A DNA stretch of 64,000 nucleotides from Chiloscyllium plagiosum (lineage: Eukaryota): positions 70,229,382-70,293,381 of the forward strand of contig NC_057718.1 of the NCBI RefSeq assembly GCF_004010195.1, written 5' to 3'. The notes beneath the pieces are model-generated. The model was not told where the DNA came from. It made no database searches and saw nothing but the letters and a program-made list of their open reading frames with translations. Positions 1 to 13,057 of the stretch are shown piece after piece; positions within the stretch are counted from its first letter, which is position 1; each line of letters opens with the position of its first letter. Made by a program: the position numbers and the translations under genes.

Positions 1-89
1 AGATGAGATTATTTAGTTTGGGATTATGTTCAGCATGGACTGGTTGGACCAAACGGTCTGTTTCCATGTTGTATGACTCTATGACTCTC
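1..89 (+). mobile_element. CR1/HER1-like LINE 3' end
   Basis: Typical 3' UTR followed by a (tatgactc)n tail. Confidence 0.7.
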
Positions 90-761
90 ACCCGATCCAA
101 CTTCATTCACTCCTTAGCTCCTACTTTCAGACACCCAAGAACTGTCCAGCCACAGGAGCCCAGGAACAAGAAAGGGACAAAATCCTAGAACAGGAGAAAA
201 GGCCCAATCACTTTGCTTTATGCCAGCAAATATCAGCTCAGACTTATACATGTTGGTGTTTGGTTAGCAATTGGGATCAGCGCATGTTAAAATGTGAGTG
301 GTAGGCCAAGGATAAAGGAGAGTTCATTTGCCAGCTTACTTGAGGGAGAAGTGGCAGGTGAGCTCTGTTGAGGGGGACTCAGGATGATTTCAGTGAGGCA
401 GCTTTGCAGGAAAGCAGTTAATGGCGATACATACTGAGATACTGGCTGCATTGAATGGCCTGCCAGACTGTCTCCCATCACTGTCAAGATCATAATTCTA
501 ATTTGCTTTCTTTGCAACCTTTGATCCTTACGCCCAGTTGTGCTGCTTTAAGAGGCACTGCCTTTGCAGCAAAACTGTCTATGTGGTTGCCATTCAACTA
601 AATTCAACAGCCGGGTTTAGGAGGACATCTTAAGACTAAGGATTCCTCTGAAGAATTATCATGTTTTCAAAAAAAAATGTCGCCACTGCTGCAAATCCTA
701 CAACAGAATGACTATAGGCATGCTCCGGTATCCACATGAGTTGGATACTGACATTAGATTA

Positions 762-1050
762 AAACAGATTCTGGATTAGAGTGGTGCTGCAAAAGCACAG
801 CAGTTCAGGAAGCATCTAAAGAGCAGGAAAATCGATGTTTTGGGCAAAAGCCCTTCATCAGGAATACAGACACCTCCTCTCATTTATCTCTCCACCCTTC
901 AGGCACTCTGTCTTTATTCCTGATGAAGGGCTTTTGCCCGAAATATCGATTTTCCTGCTCCTCGGTTGCTGCCTGAACTGCTGTGCTTTTCCAGCACCAC
1001 TCTAATCTAGAATCTGGTTTCCAGCATCTGCAGTCATTGTTTTTACCTAG
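762..1050. mobile_element. Short fold-back Penelope-like element (inverted terminal-repeat copy)
   Basis: 762-~865 is the reverse complement of ~915-1020; flanked by tt(a/g)gattaaaacag at 754-767 and 1051-1064. Confidence 0.75.
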
Positions 1051-1179
1051 TTGGATTAAAACAGGCCCCATTGGAACCCCTGTCTTCCACCAGGAGATTG
1101 CTTCCACAGGGCTCAAGACAGTTACAAATGGGCAATAATAATGTGTCTTGGCTACTGGAAACATGTCTCCCAAACAAAT

Positions 1180-1640
1180 ATTTAACAAATAGTGGCATGT
1201 GCTGCTTTCCAGGTGGTACTCATTGTAGTTGTTCACCCACTTTGCCCAGCATGGAAACATGCGGAATATTTCAGAGAACATCTCTGGGACACACACACAT
1301 GCAAGTCCTTGGCCGCCTCTACTGCCAAACTCTAGCCACCTGACAGCTTGAGGAAGAACGCCACATATTCTGCCTTTGGACCCTCCACCACATGGGATCA
1401 ATGTTGATTTCACTAGTTTCCTCATTTCCCCTGCCTCACATTAACTTGGTACCCCCTATCTTCGTTTACCTATCGCATTCCCAACTACCTCCCCCCCAGC
1501 CCCACCTCCTTCCCATTTATTTCTCAGCCCCCTAGCCCCAACCCCCCGCCCCCAACCCACACCACCACATTCCTCTCAAAGAGCTTAAGCTTGAAACTCT
1601 CCCACTTCTCGGATGCTGCCTTTTCCAGCACCACACTTGC
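1180..1640 (+). mobile_element. Degenerate Penelope-like 3' fragment (GIY-YIG region plus terminal repeat)
   Basis: Similar to 23650-24050 and 53450-54090 (LxxLGTLxPHGINVDF-like), ends in the ggatgctgcc...ttccagcaccacac repeat. Confidence 0.6.
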
Positions 1641-1756
1641 CAGCATGGAAATATGTCAATCTGCTGATTTATGCCTTGATATGCAACTTTGGTCGTGGTT
1701 TCATCTTCAAATTCATCTTCACAGGCCGAGGAAGTTGGCACTCTTTGTGTACATTG

Positions 1757-4700
1757 TCATAGAATGTTGAACATTACAGCCTATTAGCCCTTCAGCGCTC
1801 AATGTTGCGCCGATCTGTGAAATCAATCTGACGCCCATCTAACCTAAACTATTCCATTCTTATCCATATGTCTATCCAATGACTACTTAAATGTTATTAA
1901 AATTGGCAAGTCTACTACTGTTGCAGGCAGGGCATTCCGTGCCCTTACTATTCTCTGAGTAAAGAAACTACCTCTGACATCTGTCCTATATCTATCACCC
2001 CTCAATTTAAAGCTATGTCTCCTCATGCTCGCCATCACCATTTGAGAAAAAAGGCTCTCACTGTTCAAACTATCTAACCCTTTGATTATCTTACAGGTCT
2101 CAATTAAGTCACCTCTCAACATTCTTCTCTCTAACAAAAACAGTCTCAAGTCCCTCAACCTTCCCTCCATACCAGGCAACATCCTAGTAAATCTCCTCTG
2201 AAGCCTTCCAAAGCATCCACTTCCTTCCTATAATGTGGTGAACAGAACTGTATGCAATACTCCAAGTGCAGCCACACCAGACTTTTGTACAGCTGCAGCA
2301 TGACCTCATGGCTCCAAACCTCAATCCCTCTAACAATAAAAGCCGATACACCATATCCCTTGTTAACAACCCTGTCAATCTGGGTGGCAACTTTCAGGGA
2401 TCTATGCAAATGGACACTAAAGTCTCTCTGCTCATCTACACCACCAAGAATCTTACCATTAGCCCAGAACATTTTATTCCTGTTTCTCCTTCTCTCCAAC
2501 AAAAACAGCTTCAAGTCCCTCAGTCTTTCCTCATAAGACCTTCCCTCCATGCCAGGCAACATCCTAGTAAACCTCCTCTGCACCCTTTCCAAAGCTTCCA
2601 CATCCTTCTTATAATGTGGTGACCAGAACTGTACACAATACTCCAAGTGCGGCCGCACTAGAGTTTTGTACAGCTGTAGCACAACCTCATGGTTCCGGAA
2701 CTCAATCCCTCTATTAATAAAAGCTAAAACATTGTATGCCTTCTTAACAACCCTGTCAACCTGGGCGGCAACTTTCATGGATCTATGCAAATGGACACCA
2801 AAGTCTCTCTGCTCATCTATACCACCAAGAATCTTACCATTAGCCCAGTACATTGTATTCCTGTTTCTCCTTCCGAAGTGAATCACCTCACATTTTTCTG
2901 CATTAAACTCCTTTTGTCACCTCTCAGTCCATCTCTGCAGCTTATCTATGTCCCTCTGTAACCTACAATATCCTTCAGCACTATCCACAACTCCAAAGAC
3001 GTTAGTGTCATCTGCAAATTTACTAAACCCTTTATATATGCCCTCAACTTGGTCATTTATAAAAATGATAAACAACAAAACAGCAGTGGCCCCAGACAGA
3101 TCTTTGTGGTACACCACTAGTAACTGAACTTCAGGATGAATATTTCCCATCAACGACCAAACTCTGTCTTCTTTCAGCTAGCCAATTTCTGATTCAAACG
3201 GTTAAATCGCCCTCAATCCCATGCCTCCATATTTTGTACAATAGCTTACAGTGGGGAACCTTATCAAATGCCTTACTGAAATCCAAATACAGCACATCAA
3301 CCACTTTACCCTCATCCACCTGTTTGAGCACCTTCTCAAAGAAGATTTGTGAGACACGACCTACCCTTCACAAAACCATGTTGACTATCCCAATCAACTT
3401 ATTCCTCTCGAAATGATTATAAATCCTATCTGCTATAACCTCTTCCAACACTTTTCCCACAACAGAATTAAGGCTTTCTATAATTATCAGGGGTGTCTCT
3501 TCTCCCCTTCTTGAAAAGGGGACAACATCTGCTATCCTCCAGTCTTCTGGAACTATTTCTGTAGACAATGAGGACACAAAGATCAAAGCCAAAGATCCTG
3601 AAATCTCCCTGGCTTCCCAGAAAATCCTAGGATAAATCCATCTGGCCCAATGGACTTACCTATTTTCACACTTTCCAGAATTGCTAACACCCCCTCCTTG
3701 TGAACCTCAATCTCATCTAGTCTAGTAGCCTGTATCTCAGTATTTTCCTTGACAACATTGTCCTTTTCCAGTGTGAATACTGACAAAAAAAATTCAATTA
3801 GCGCTTCCCCTATGTTCTTGGACTCCATGCACAAATTCCCACTACTATCCTTGATTGGCCCTAATCTTACTCCAGTCATTCTTTTATTCCTGATACATCT
3901 ATAGAAAGCTTTAGTGTTTTCCTTGATTGTATCTGCCAATGACTTCTCATGTTCCCTCCTGGCTCTTCTTAGCTCTCTCTTTGTATCTTTCCTGGCTAAC
4001 CTGTTACTCTTAAGTACCCTAACTCAGCCTTCACGTCTCATCGTAACATAAGCCTCCTTCTTCCTCTTGACAAGAGACTCAACTTCTTTAGTAAACCATA
4101 GCTGCCTCGCTTGACCACTTCCTCCCTGCCTGACATGTACATACTTATCAAGGACATGAATAAGCTCCACATTTCAAATGTGCCCAACCCCTACAGTTTC
4201 TTTCCCCATCCAATGCATCCTAAATCTTGCCTAATTGCATTATAATTGCCTTTCCCCCAGCAATATCTCTTGTTCTGTGGCATATACCTATCTCTTTCCA
4301 TCACTAAAGTAAACATAACTGAATTGTGGTCACTATCGTTAAAGTGCTCAGCTACCTCCAAATCTATCACCTGGTTAGGTTCATTACCCAATACCAAATC
4401 CAATGTGGCCTCGTCCCTTGTTGGCTCATCTACGTACTGTGTCAGGAAGCCCTCACACACACATTGGACAAAAACTGACCCATCTAAAGTACTCAAACTA
4501 TAGTATTTCCAGTCAATATTTAGAAAGTTAAAGTCTCTCATACTGTTACTCTTGCTCCCGTTACTCTTGCTCCTATCCAGAATTAGCTTTGCTATCCTTT
4601 CCTCTATATCTCTGGAACTATTTGGAGGCCAATAGAAAACTCCCAACAGGGTGACATTTCTTTTTCTGTTTCTAACCTCAGTCCATACTGTCTCAGTAGA

Positions 4701-5203
4701 CAAGTCCTCAAAAGTCATTTCTGCCACCGTAATACTGTCCTTGACTAACAATGCTACACCTCACCCTCTTTAACAATCTTCTCTGTTCTTACTGAAATAT
4801 TTAAATCCCAGAACTTGCAACAATCATTCCTGTCCCTGCTCTATCCATTTCTGCGAAATGGCCACAGCATTGAAGTCCCAGGTACCAACCCATACTGCAA
4901 GTTCACCCACCTTACTCTGGATGCTCCTGGTGTTGGAGTAGACACACTTCAAGCCACTTTCTTGCTTGCCAGTGAACTCTTACAACCTTGAAACCTTATA
5001 TTTAACCCTACTGCTCTCAACCTCCTGGACATTGGAACTAAAATTTAATTTCCCAGCCCCCTGCTGAATTAGTTTAAACCTCTCGAAGAGCATTAACCTC
5101 CCAGGATATTGGTACCCCTCTCCTGTTTGTAGAGGTCCTACCTATCCCAGAATGATCCCCACTTATCCAGGTATCGAAACCCTCCTTCCTGCACCATCCC
5201 TGA
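1757..5203 (-). mobile_element. CR1/HER1-like LINE, long decayed copy (APE endonuclease and RT pieces)
   Basis: ORFs 4191-4751 (DFNF..IDW, LDLVLGN, SDHN), 2917-3153 (SKFADDT), 2155-2886 (LYKTLVRPHLEYCVQFWSP). Confidence 0.92.
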
Positions 5204-6592
5204 GGGTAGGGCCGATCAGTGATAGGCAGTGGAAGTCGGGAAGGTCCTTAATGAATACTTTGCTTCATTATTCACTACTGAGAGGGACTTTGACTTTTCT
5301 GAGGATGGTGTGAAACAGACTGTTATGCTAGAATAGGTTGCTGTTAGGAAGGAGGATGTGCTGAAACTTTTTAATATCATAAGGAAAGATAAATACCCTG
5401 GGCTAGATGGGATATACCCTCAGTTATTTCAGGAAGCGAGGGAAGAGATTACTGCACCTTTTGTGGTGATCTTTGTGCCCTCACTGTCCACTGGAGTAGT
5501 GCCAAATGATTGATTTAGATTTAGATTCTGTACAGTATGGAAACAGGCCCTTTGGCCCAACAAGTCCACACTGACACTCTGAAGAGTAACCCATGCAGAC
5601 CCATTCCCCTACCCTGATTAACCCCTGACTAATGCATTAACACTATGGACAATTTAGCAAGGCCAATTCAACTAACCTGCACATCTTTAGACCGTGGGAG
5701 GAAACTGGAGTACCCGGAGTAAACTTACACAGACACGGGGAGAATGTGCAAACCCCACACAGACAGTCGCCTGAAGCTAGAATCGAAACTGGGTTCCAGG
5801 CAGTGTGATGCAGCAGTGCTAACCACTGAGCCACTGTGCTGATTGGAGAGTAGCAAATGTTATTCCCTTGTTCAAGAAAGGGAATATGAATAATCCTGGC
5901 AATTACATACCAGTCAGTGTTACGTCAGTGGTGAGCAAAGTATTGGAGAGGATTCTGAGAGACAGGATTTATGATTAGTTGGAAAACTTTAGTTTGATTA
6001 GACATGGCTTTGTGAGGGGCATGTGATGCCTCAGAAACCTTATTGAATTCTTTGAGGATGTGACAAAACACACTGATGAAGGTAGAGCTGTGGATGTGGT
6101 GTACATGGATTTAGCAAGGCGTTTGATAAGGTTCCCTATGGTAGGCTTATTCAGAGGAGGTAAGGAGGCATGGGATACAAGAAAATCTGGCTTTCTGGAT
6201 ACAAAATTGGCTGGTCCATAGAAGACAGCGAGTGGTGGTAAATGGAAAGTATTCAGTCTGGAGTTCAGTGACTAACGGTGTTCTGCAGGGATCATTCTGA
6301 GACCTCTGCTTTTTGCAATTTTTATAAATGACTTGGATGAGGCAGTGGAATGCTGGGTTAGTAACAATACGAATGTTGGTGGAGTTGTGAAAAGTATGGA
6401 GGGCTGTTGTAGGTTGCAATGAGACATTGATGGAATGCAGAACTCGGCTGGGAAGTGGCAGATAGAGTTCAACCTGGGAAAGTGTGAAGTCATTCACTTT
6501 GGAAAGTCGAATTTGAATGCAGAATACAGGATTAAAGGCAGGATTCTTGGCAGTGTGGAGGAACAGAGAGATCTTGGGGTCCATGTCCATAC
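5204..6592 (+). mobile_element. CR1-like LINE fragment (RT), interrupted by a SINE
   Basis: Frameshifted PGxDGIYP, NYxPVS, LIEFFEDVT and KAFDKVP motifs; head-to-head with the preceding copy. Confidence 0.85.
5514..5840 (-). mobile_element. HE1-like tRNA-derived SINE
   Basis: Reverse complement has the tRNA-like head (gtggctcagtggttagcactgctg) and CR1-like tail. Confidence 0.88.
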
Positions 6593-7074
6593 ATCAAGAC
6601 ATAAATAAGGAAAAAATATTAAGACAAAGAACATTTTAGTTCAATCCCTGGCTCCTGGGTTTGGGTAAAGACAGTACCACTGCAAGACCACCATGTCAAG
6701 CGGCTAGGATATTGGGCTGCAAGACTCCAAAGAAGCAGCCCCAAGGACCAATCTCATCAACTATCCTGGTAAGGAAAATGTCGCAAAAGCTGCCCAAATG
6801 ATTCCCGGGCCATTGAATGCTGGGCTGAAAGCACCTCAATGCCAAAGCCGCCGCCAACCTCCACCAATGTAGAAGCTGGTTCTGGGTCCCCATGCTCACT
6901 CCTCTGCCTGCCGCCTCTTCAACTTTAGTTCCAAAGTCCTGCTCCAGTCTCACCAGGTGCCTCATCACTGTCCTCCAGATCCCATTCCAGGCTCATCAGC
7001 TGTCGTCAACTGTCAGAGTCTCACTCAGGACTCACCAGCCTCTATCATGTTCCGGACCTCAATGAAAATGGCTT

Positions 7075-7402
7075 GGGGCTCAATGGTTAGCACTTCACAG
7101 CACCAGGGGCTCAGGTTTGATTCCAGTCTCAGGTGACTATTTGTGTGGAGTTTGCACATTCTCCCTGTGTCTGCGTGGGTTTCCTCCAGGTGCTCCACTT
7201 CCTTCCCACAGTCCAAAGATGTGCAGATTAGGCGAATTGGCCATTCTAAATTACCCATAGGGATGCGTACGTTAGGTGCATTAGGCAGAGGAACTATAGA
7301 GTAATAGGGTAGGGGAATGGGTCTGGCTGGGTTACTGTTCGCAGGATTGGTGTGGACTTGTTGAGCCAAATGGCCTGTTTCCACACTATAGGGATTCTAT
7401 GA
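7075..7402 (+). mobile_element. HE1-like SINE
   Basis: tggttagcact...gtgtggagtttgcacattctcc...gcctgtttccacact consensus. Confidence 0.85.
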
Positions 7403-8064
7403 TACCAGCTTCTGCCAAAATATGATAAAATAAGATTAAAAAGAGGAAAAAAAAATTTTAAAAGACAATTTAACAAAACAGGAGAGTGGATGAGCCCTGG
7501 ATACAAGAGCCCAAACACTGCCTTGTCCACCATCACCATGACATGTGAGAATGAGAAAGAGCATGGGAAAGAGAATGAAAGACAACGATGTGTGTAATGA
7601 GTGAGATAGAGGGATCATGTGTGCGGAAATGAGAGCGGAGTGTGGGTGAGGGAGTAGGGGGAACATAGGTGAGGGAGTGAGTCAGTGAGAGAACATGAGT
7701 GTGTGAAGGATGTACACGAATACATAGGGGAGTGAAAGAGAGGGCGGAGTTGAGAGGGAGGGCGAGCATGTGTGAGGGAATCAATTTTGAAATTCACATT
7801 TAGTATTGTGCAAGACAATATATTCTGAATTGTGCTCAGATTCTTTTATTGAAAAGAATTGAAATGTGGCCTCTCACACAAAATCCTGAGTTACATGGCT
7901 AGATTGGGAAGCTGTGCTGTTCTCCTGAGTGAAGGTTGAGGATACTTTATACAGATGTTCAAAATCATGAGGAATTTGAACAGAATAAGTAAAGGTTAAA
8001 GAGTTAGGATCTAGAAGGTGCTACCTGAGATTACAAAGTTAATTCTTGTTTTCAAAACAGAATA

Positions 8065-8396
8065 GGGTGGCACAGTAGTTCAGTGGTTAGCACTGCTGCC
8101 TCACAGTGCCAGGGACCTAGTTTTGATTCCCCCCTTGGTTGACTGTGTGGAATTGCACAAACTTTTTGTGTCTGCGTGGGTTTCCTGTGGGTGTTCCGGT
8201 TTGTCCCATAGTCGAAAGATGTGCAAGTTAGGTGGATTGACCATTTCTAAATTGGCCACAGTGCCCAGGGATATACAGGCTATGTGGATTAGCCATGGGA
8301 AATACAGGGATGAAGTAGGTCTGGGTGGGATACTCTTTGGAGGATCACAGTGGTCATGATGGGCTGAATGACTTGCTTCCACACTTAGGGATTCTT
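8065..8396 (+). mobile_element. HE1-like SINE
   Basis: Same head, body and tail consensus. Confidence 0.85.
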
Positions 8397-9615
8397 TGAA
8401 ATGGATGATTTTCTGAAAATAAATTATTATAGGACTATTAAAGAAAAGGGGAGAGATGTTAGCTGAGTAATTATTGCAGAGAGCTGCATGGACATGAGGA
8501 GCCAAGTATATGCACTGCCCTGTACTTCTGTGCTATAAACATTCTATGATGCTAACCCATTTAACTCAGGGTTCTCCCTGCCACCTGTCCCATGAAATTT
8601 TCATTCCATTTATCTTGGTTAAATTTGCAAACTAATTGTCAATGGTGATCTGGTTGGTAACAGTTGTTTCAAGTTTAAGGCAATTACTTAGGTATTGAGG
8701 TAAAATCTTGCCAAATTTGGTCTACAAATTACAGTTGTATATCGATGAGAGATTAAAAAGCGCATTAAATGACAAGACTGCACCTGCATCAATGATGTGA
8801 TAAATCTTCAGTATTTGATAAATATTCAGGTTTCAGTTGTATTTATTTGTCTGCTGTAGTTTCCTACATATCTGAAATACGTTTCAGCTCAGTATGTTCA
8901 AAGGAGTTATGAAAGGATATTATTTTTCAAGACTCCTACAGCTGGCTGTGGGGTTCAGTATCTTGGTAATAGTGAAAGTCAAATGTGCCAATTTTATTGA
9001 GGTCAGTTTCATTTAATTTCTTTTATGTAACATCTGCACGTACAGGTGGTGTTTCACTGATTTTTTTTCTCAAAACACTCTCTTCATGATATATATTTAT
9101 CAGTTATATTTTGAGCAGAATGCACTGGTAGTAAGAGAATCTGCATTTAAAGCAATGTGATTTCAAGATGACTCAGCTCTATAGATAACATGTTACACAG
9201 GCAACTTTACTCTTATACCTAGATCTTCCAAGTGTTCCTATGCATGATCACTGGGCACAAATTACTTGGCGTAAAAGGAGATACATGGGTAGGCTCTTTA
9301 GAAAATATTCAGTTTACAGAAAATTAAAGGCATATACTGGTTTACTTTATTTTACAATGGATAAATGCTTCCTCTAAAAGGTTGACATAAGGAGGGAAGA
9401 TGTGTTGGATAGGCTAAATGATATTAAGGTGGACAAATCCCTAGGACCAGATGGGATCTATCCCATGTTGCTGAGGGAGGTGAGAAAGGAAATAGCTGGG
9501 ACCCTGATGGATATCTTTGTAGCAGCCTTTAACACAGGTGAGGTGCCGGAGGGCTAGAGGGTTGCTCATGTTGTCCCCCTGTACAAGAAGGGTGGTAGGG
9601 ATATTCCGGGTTACT

Positions 9616-9830
9616 GCTTAAAAATGTGCTGCTGAAAAAGCGCAGCAGGTCAGGCAGCATCAAAGGAACAGGAGAATCGACGTTTTGGGCATAAGCCCTT
9701 CTTCAGGAAGAAGGGCTTATGCCCGAAACGTCGATTCTCCTGTTCCTTTGATGCTGCCTGACCTGCTGCGCTTTTCCAGCAACACATTATTAAGCTCTGA
9801 TCTCCAGCATCTGCAGTCCTCACTTTCTCC
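9616..9830. mobile_element. Short fold-back Penelope-like insertion
   Basis: Near-perfect palindrome 9616-9795 centred at cttcttc-ag-gaagaag; TSD tattccgggt(t/a)act at 9602-9615 and 9831-9844. Confidence 0.85.
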
Positions 9831-10236
9831 TATTCCGGGTAACTACAGACCAGTGAGCCTGACGTCAGTGGTGGGAAAGTTGCTGGAGAAGGTACTGAGG
9901 GATAAAATCTATTTATATTTGGAAAAGAATGGGCTAATCAGTAACAGGCAACATGGTTTTGTGTGGAGTAGATCGTGCTTTAGCAACTTAATAGAGTTCT
10001 TTGAGGAAGTGATCAAGTTGATAGATGAAGGAAGGGATGTATGTACTGTACATGGACTTTAGTAAGGTGTTTGATAAGATTTCCCAGGGTAAACTAATGG
10101 AGAAAGTGAAGTCACATAGTGTGCACAGTGTTCTAGCTAGGTGGATAAAGAACTGATTGAGCAACAGGAGACAGAGAGTAATAGTTGAAGGCAGTTTCTC
10201 AAAATGGAGAAAGGTGACTAGTGGTGTTCCACAGAG

Positions 10237-10550
10237 ATTAGATTAGATTACTTACAGTGTGGAAACAGGCCCTTTGGCCCAACAACTCCACACCGCCCAG
10301 CTGAATCGCAACCCACCCATACCCCTATATTTACCCCTTACCTAACACTACGGGCAATCTAGCATGGCCAATTCATCTGACCTGCACATCTTTGGACTGT
10401 GGGAGGAAACCGGAGTACCCGGAGGAAACCCATGCAGACACGGGGAGAACATGCAAACTCCACACAGTCAGTCGCCTGAGGCGGGAATTGAACCCGGGTC
10501 TCTGGTGCTGTGATGCAGCAGTGCTAACCACTGTGCCACCGTGCTGCCCA
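10237..10550 (-). mobile_element. HE1-like SINE (young)
   Basis: Full-length consensus with (tctaa)n tail on the minus strand. Confidence 0.9.
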
Positions 10551-11191
10551 CTAAGTAATCTAAGTAAGTAATCAGTGCTGGGGCCAGTGTTGTTTGTCAT
10601 ATACATAAATGATCTGCAAACAACATTGTGTCAGCCCAAAAGCAACAAATATTTTCTTGACAGCTTTTTCGATTACTGGGTGTTTAACATTCATTGAGGC
10701 ACCAGATATTAAAACCTTTCAGGAATTGGCAGACGTAGTTAGGGAATAGTATGACCCCAATCCTCCTCTAATACTGAAACACTATTACTTTTACTTGGCA
10801 ATTTCAGAACTAGGGGAATCCAAATCAAGATTTTTTGACTTTGTTAAGATAAGTGGCAGAAGCCTATGACTTTGGTTTAACTCTTAATGAGATGCTTAGA
10901 GACCATTTGGTATATGGGATTAATGATGTAACTGTGCAAAAACACCTGCCAAAAGAAGCCCAAGTGGACTTCAAACAGGTGCTGTAGCTGGCTTTATCAT
11001 TGGGAAATGCAGTAAATGGAACTTACCAGTTGCAGGGTATGCCTGTGGAAGTGGACCCCGTCTCCAGTCAGACTGAGCTTGGAGAATGCCACTTGAGCAC
11101 AGGCAATTGCACTGTCTCAATCAGGACATATCCTGATCAGAGAAACTCAAGGTCAGGCCACAGCAAAATCCCAAATGAAGCTAAACCACAG

Positions 11192-11445
11192 ATTCAATCA
11201 ATAAGCACATCGACCTGGACCCAATATACTGGCCACTGCAGCGGACATCTGGAACTGACAACCGGAAGCAGCAGGTACAAATCACCATAAATGCTGGAGG
11301 AAACATCACAGAAGCGCTTCACAGGAGGTTCCCAAGCACTGAGGATGTCACCTAGACAGGGGACGAAATGTCTGCAACACAAATTTCCAGCTCGGCGAAC
11401 AGAGCCACAACAACGAGCACCCAAGCTACAAATCTTCTTCCAAAC
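11192..11445 (+). mobile_element. Penelope-like 3' fragment inserted in Gypsy gag
   Basis: SINKHIDLDPIY-type GIY-YIG C-terminus plus hammerhead-like core; similar to 47770-48350. Confidence 0.7.
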
Positions 11446-13057
11446 TCAGCCAAATGGTTAGAATTTTCTTCAGGATCCTGGACAACAAGCCATTGTTGTT
11501 GCTGTCAGTATGCAGACTTGAGACAGCAAAAGTGCCCTACTAGACCTAAATCGAGTAAGATAACTCATAGGCATGTCCAGGAGGGTATCCAGGACAGTTT
11601 ATCCTCAGGAAAGTACACCTGCATCTGGTTTGGAACAGTTAAGCTGCTTAGCCACATCCAAGTCAGAACCAATCAAAATAAACATCTGGTTAAATGGTCA
11701 TCTGGTTCTAATGGTGATTGATATTGGCGTGGCCATATCAGTGATCGTAGAACCAGTTTTCAACACAATTTGCTCTGGAAACCAGCCTTTAGGTTTGTGC
11801 AAGACCTACGTTAGGCTGAGAACCTATACCATGGGACTTTTACAGATTAAGGGTACATTTTGATTCTGGTTGCTTATGAAAAGCAACTGCCTCAGTTAAC
11901 AGTGATTTGTAGTAAAATGCTTGAGCGCAAGCTTGCTGGGGTGAAATTGTTGTAAGAGATTCACCTATACTGCGTCAACATGTTTGATTAGAAAACGGTT
12001 GCCTAAGTCCTAATTAAATACTCGGAAGTCTTCCAGGAAGGCCTAGGGACTATCAGAGAAGTCAAGGCCACCTTGAACCAGGAAGCAATTCCATGATTTT
12101 GCAAGTCCTGCCTAGTACCATTTGCTTTATGGGCAAAAGTAGAGGCGGAACTCAGAAGGCCAAAAAGTGAAGGAATCATCAAATTTACGGAATGAATTGC
12201 ATCCGATTGGATCGATTTTGAAACCTTATGGGTCAGTTCGCCTTTGTAGGGATTTTAAGCAAATGGTAAAATCATTTTTGAGCTGGATAAATAGCCAATT
12301 CTTTGGACAGAGGACTTATACACAAGTTGGCAGGGGAGCTGTTCTTCACGAAACTGGACATGAGCCACATTTACTTGCAATTACATTTCCAGAAGTATGC
12401 TACAATTAATACACATAAGGGCTTGTATCAATATACAAGACTGCCATGTGGGGTATCATCAGACTGTTCAATTTTTCAGTGGATGACAGTTTACAAGGCC
12501 AACCTCAGGTCACCATTTACATAGATGACATTCTAGTAACAGGGAAAACTAATAAGGAACACTTGGAGATCTTAGATATAGTCCTAAGGCATTTTTCCAA
12601 GGTGAGCATACACCTGAGAAGGGCAAAATGTGTCCTCTAGGCACCCCAAGTGACAAAATTGGGGTACAGAGTTGACAACATCAGGTCACACCTACTGGAA
12701 GATAAAGGGAGGGCGATCAAAGGGGCTCCAACTTCCACATGAAAAGGAGCTTAGATCAATTTTTTTGGATGGTAAATTATTACAGAAAGTTCATACATAA
12801 CCTGGCACCTATCCTGGCACTTTTGCATCAAGTCCTAAAAAGTGTCAGCCTTGGAAATGATCACATAGACAAACTCTTCCTTTCAGTGAAGTAAAGAAAT
12901 CACTATCATCTTCTAAAGTGTTAGCACACTGTGACCCCAAGAAAGATCTGGTATTTACATGCAATGCCTCCCTGTACAGCATCAGGGTGATATTAGCTCA
13001 TAGGTGGCACAAAGGAGAGTAATGCCCAATAGCATATCGACCCAGGGCTTTGGCTAA

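Larger units (their letters stand above)
9380..10614 (+). mobile_element. CR1-like LINE RT fragment, interrupted by a Penelope fold-back and a SINE
   Basis: GNYRPVSLTSVVGKLLEK..QHGF..NLIEFFEEV in ORF 9685-10062. Confidence 0.85.

Noticed and set aside
6660..7070. Possible Harbinger-type transposon remnant (also ~290-490 and 7500-7770)
   Set aside because: Composition is only suggestive; no motif or terminal repeat could be supported.
8860..9000. 46-codon open frame after a tgtag acceptor-like site
   Set aside because: No recognisable homology or partner exons.
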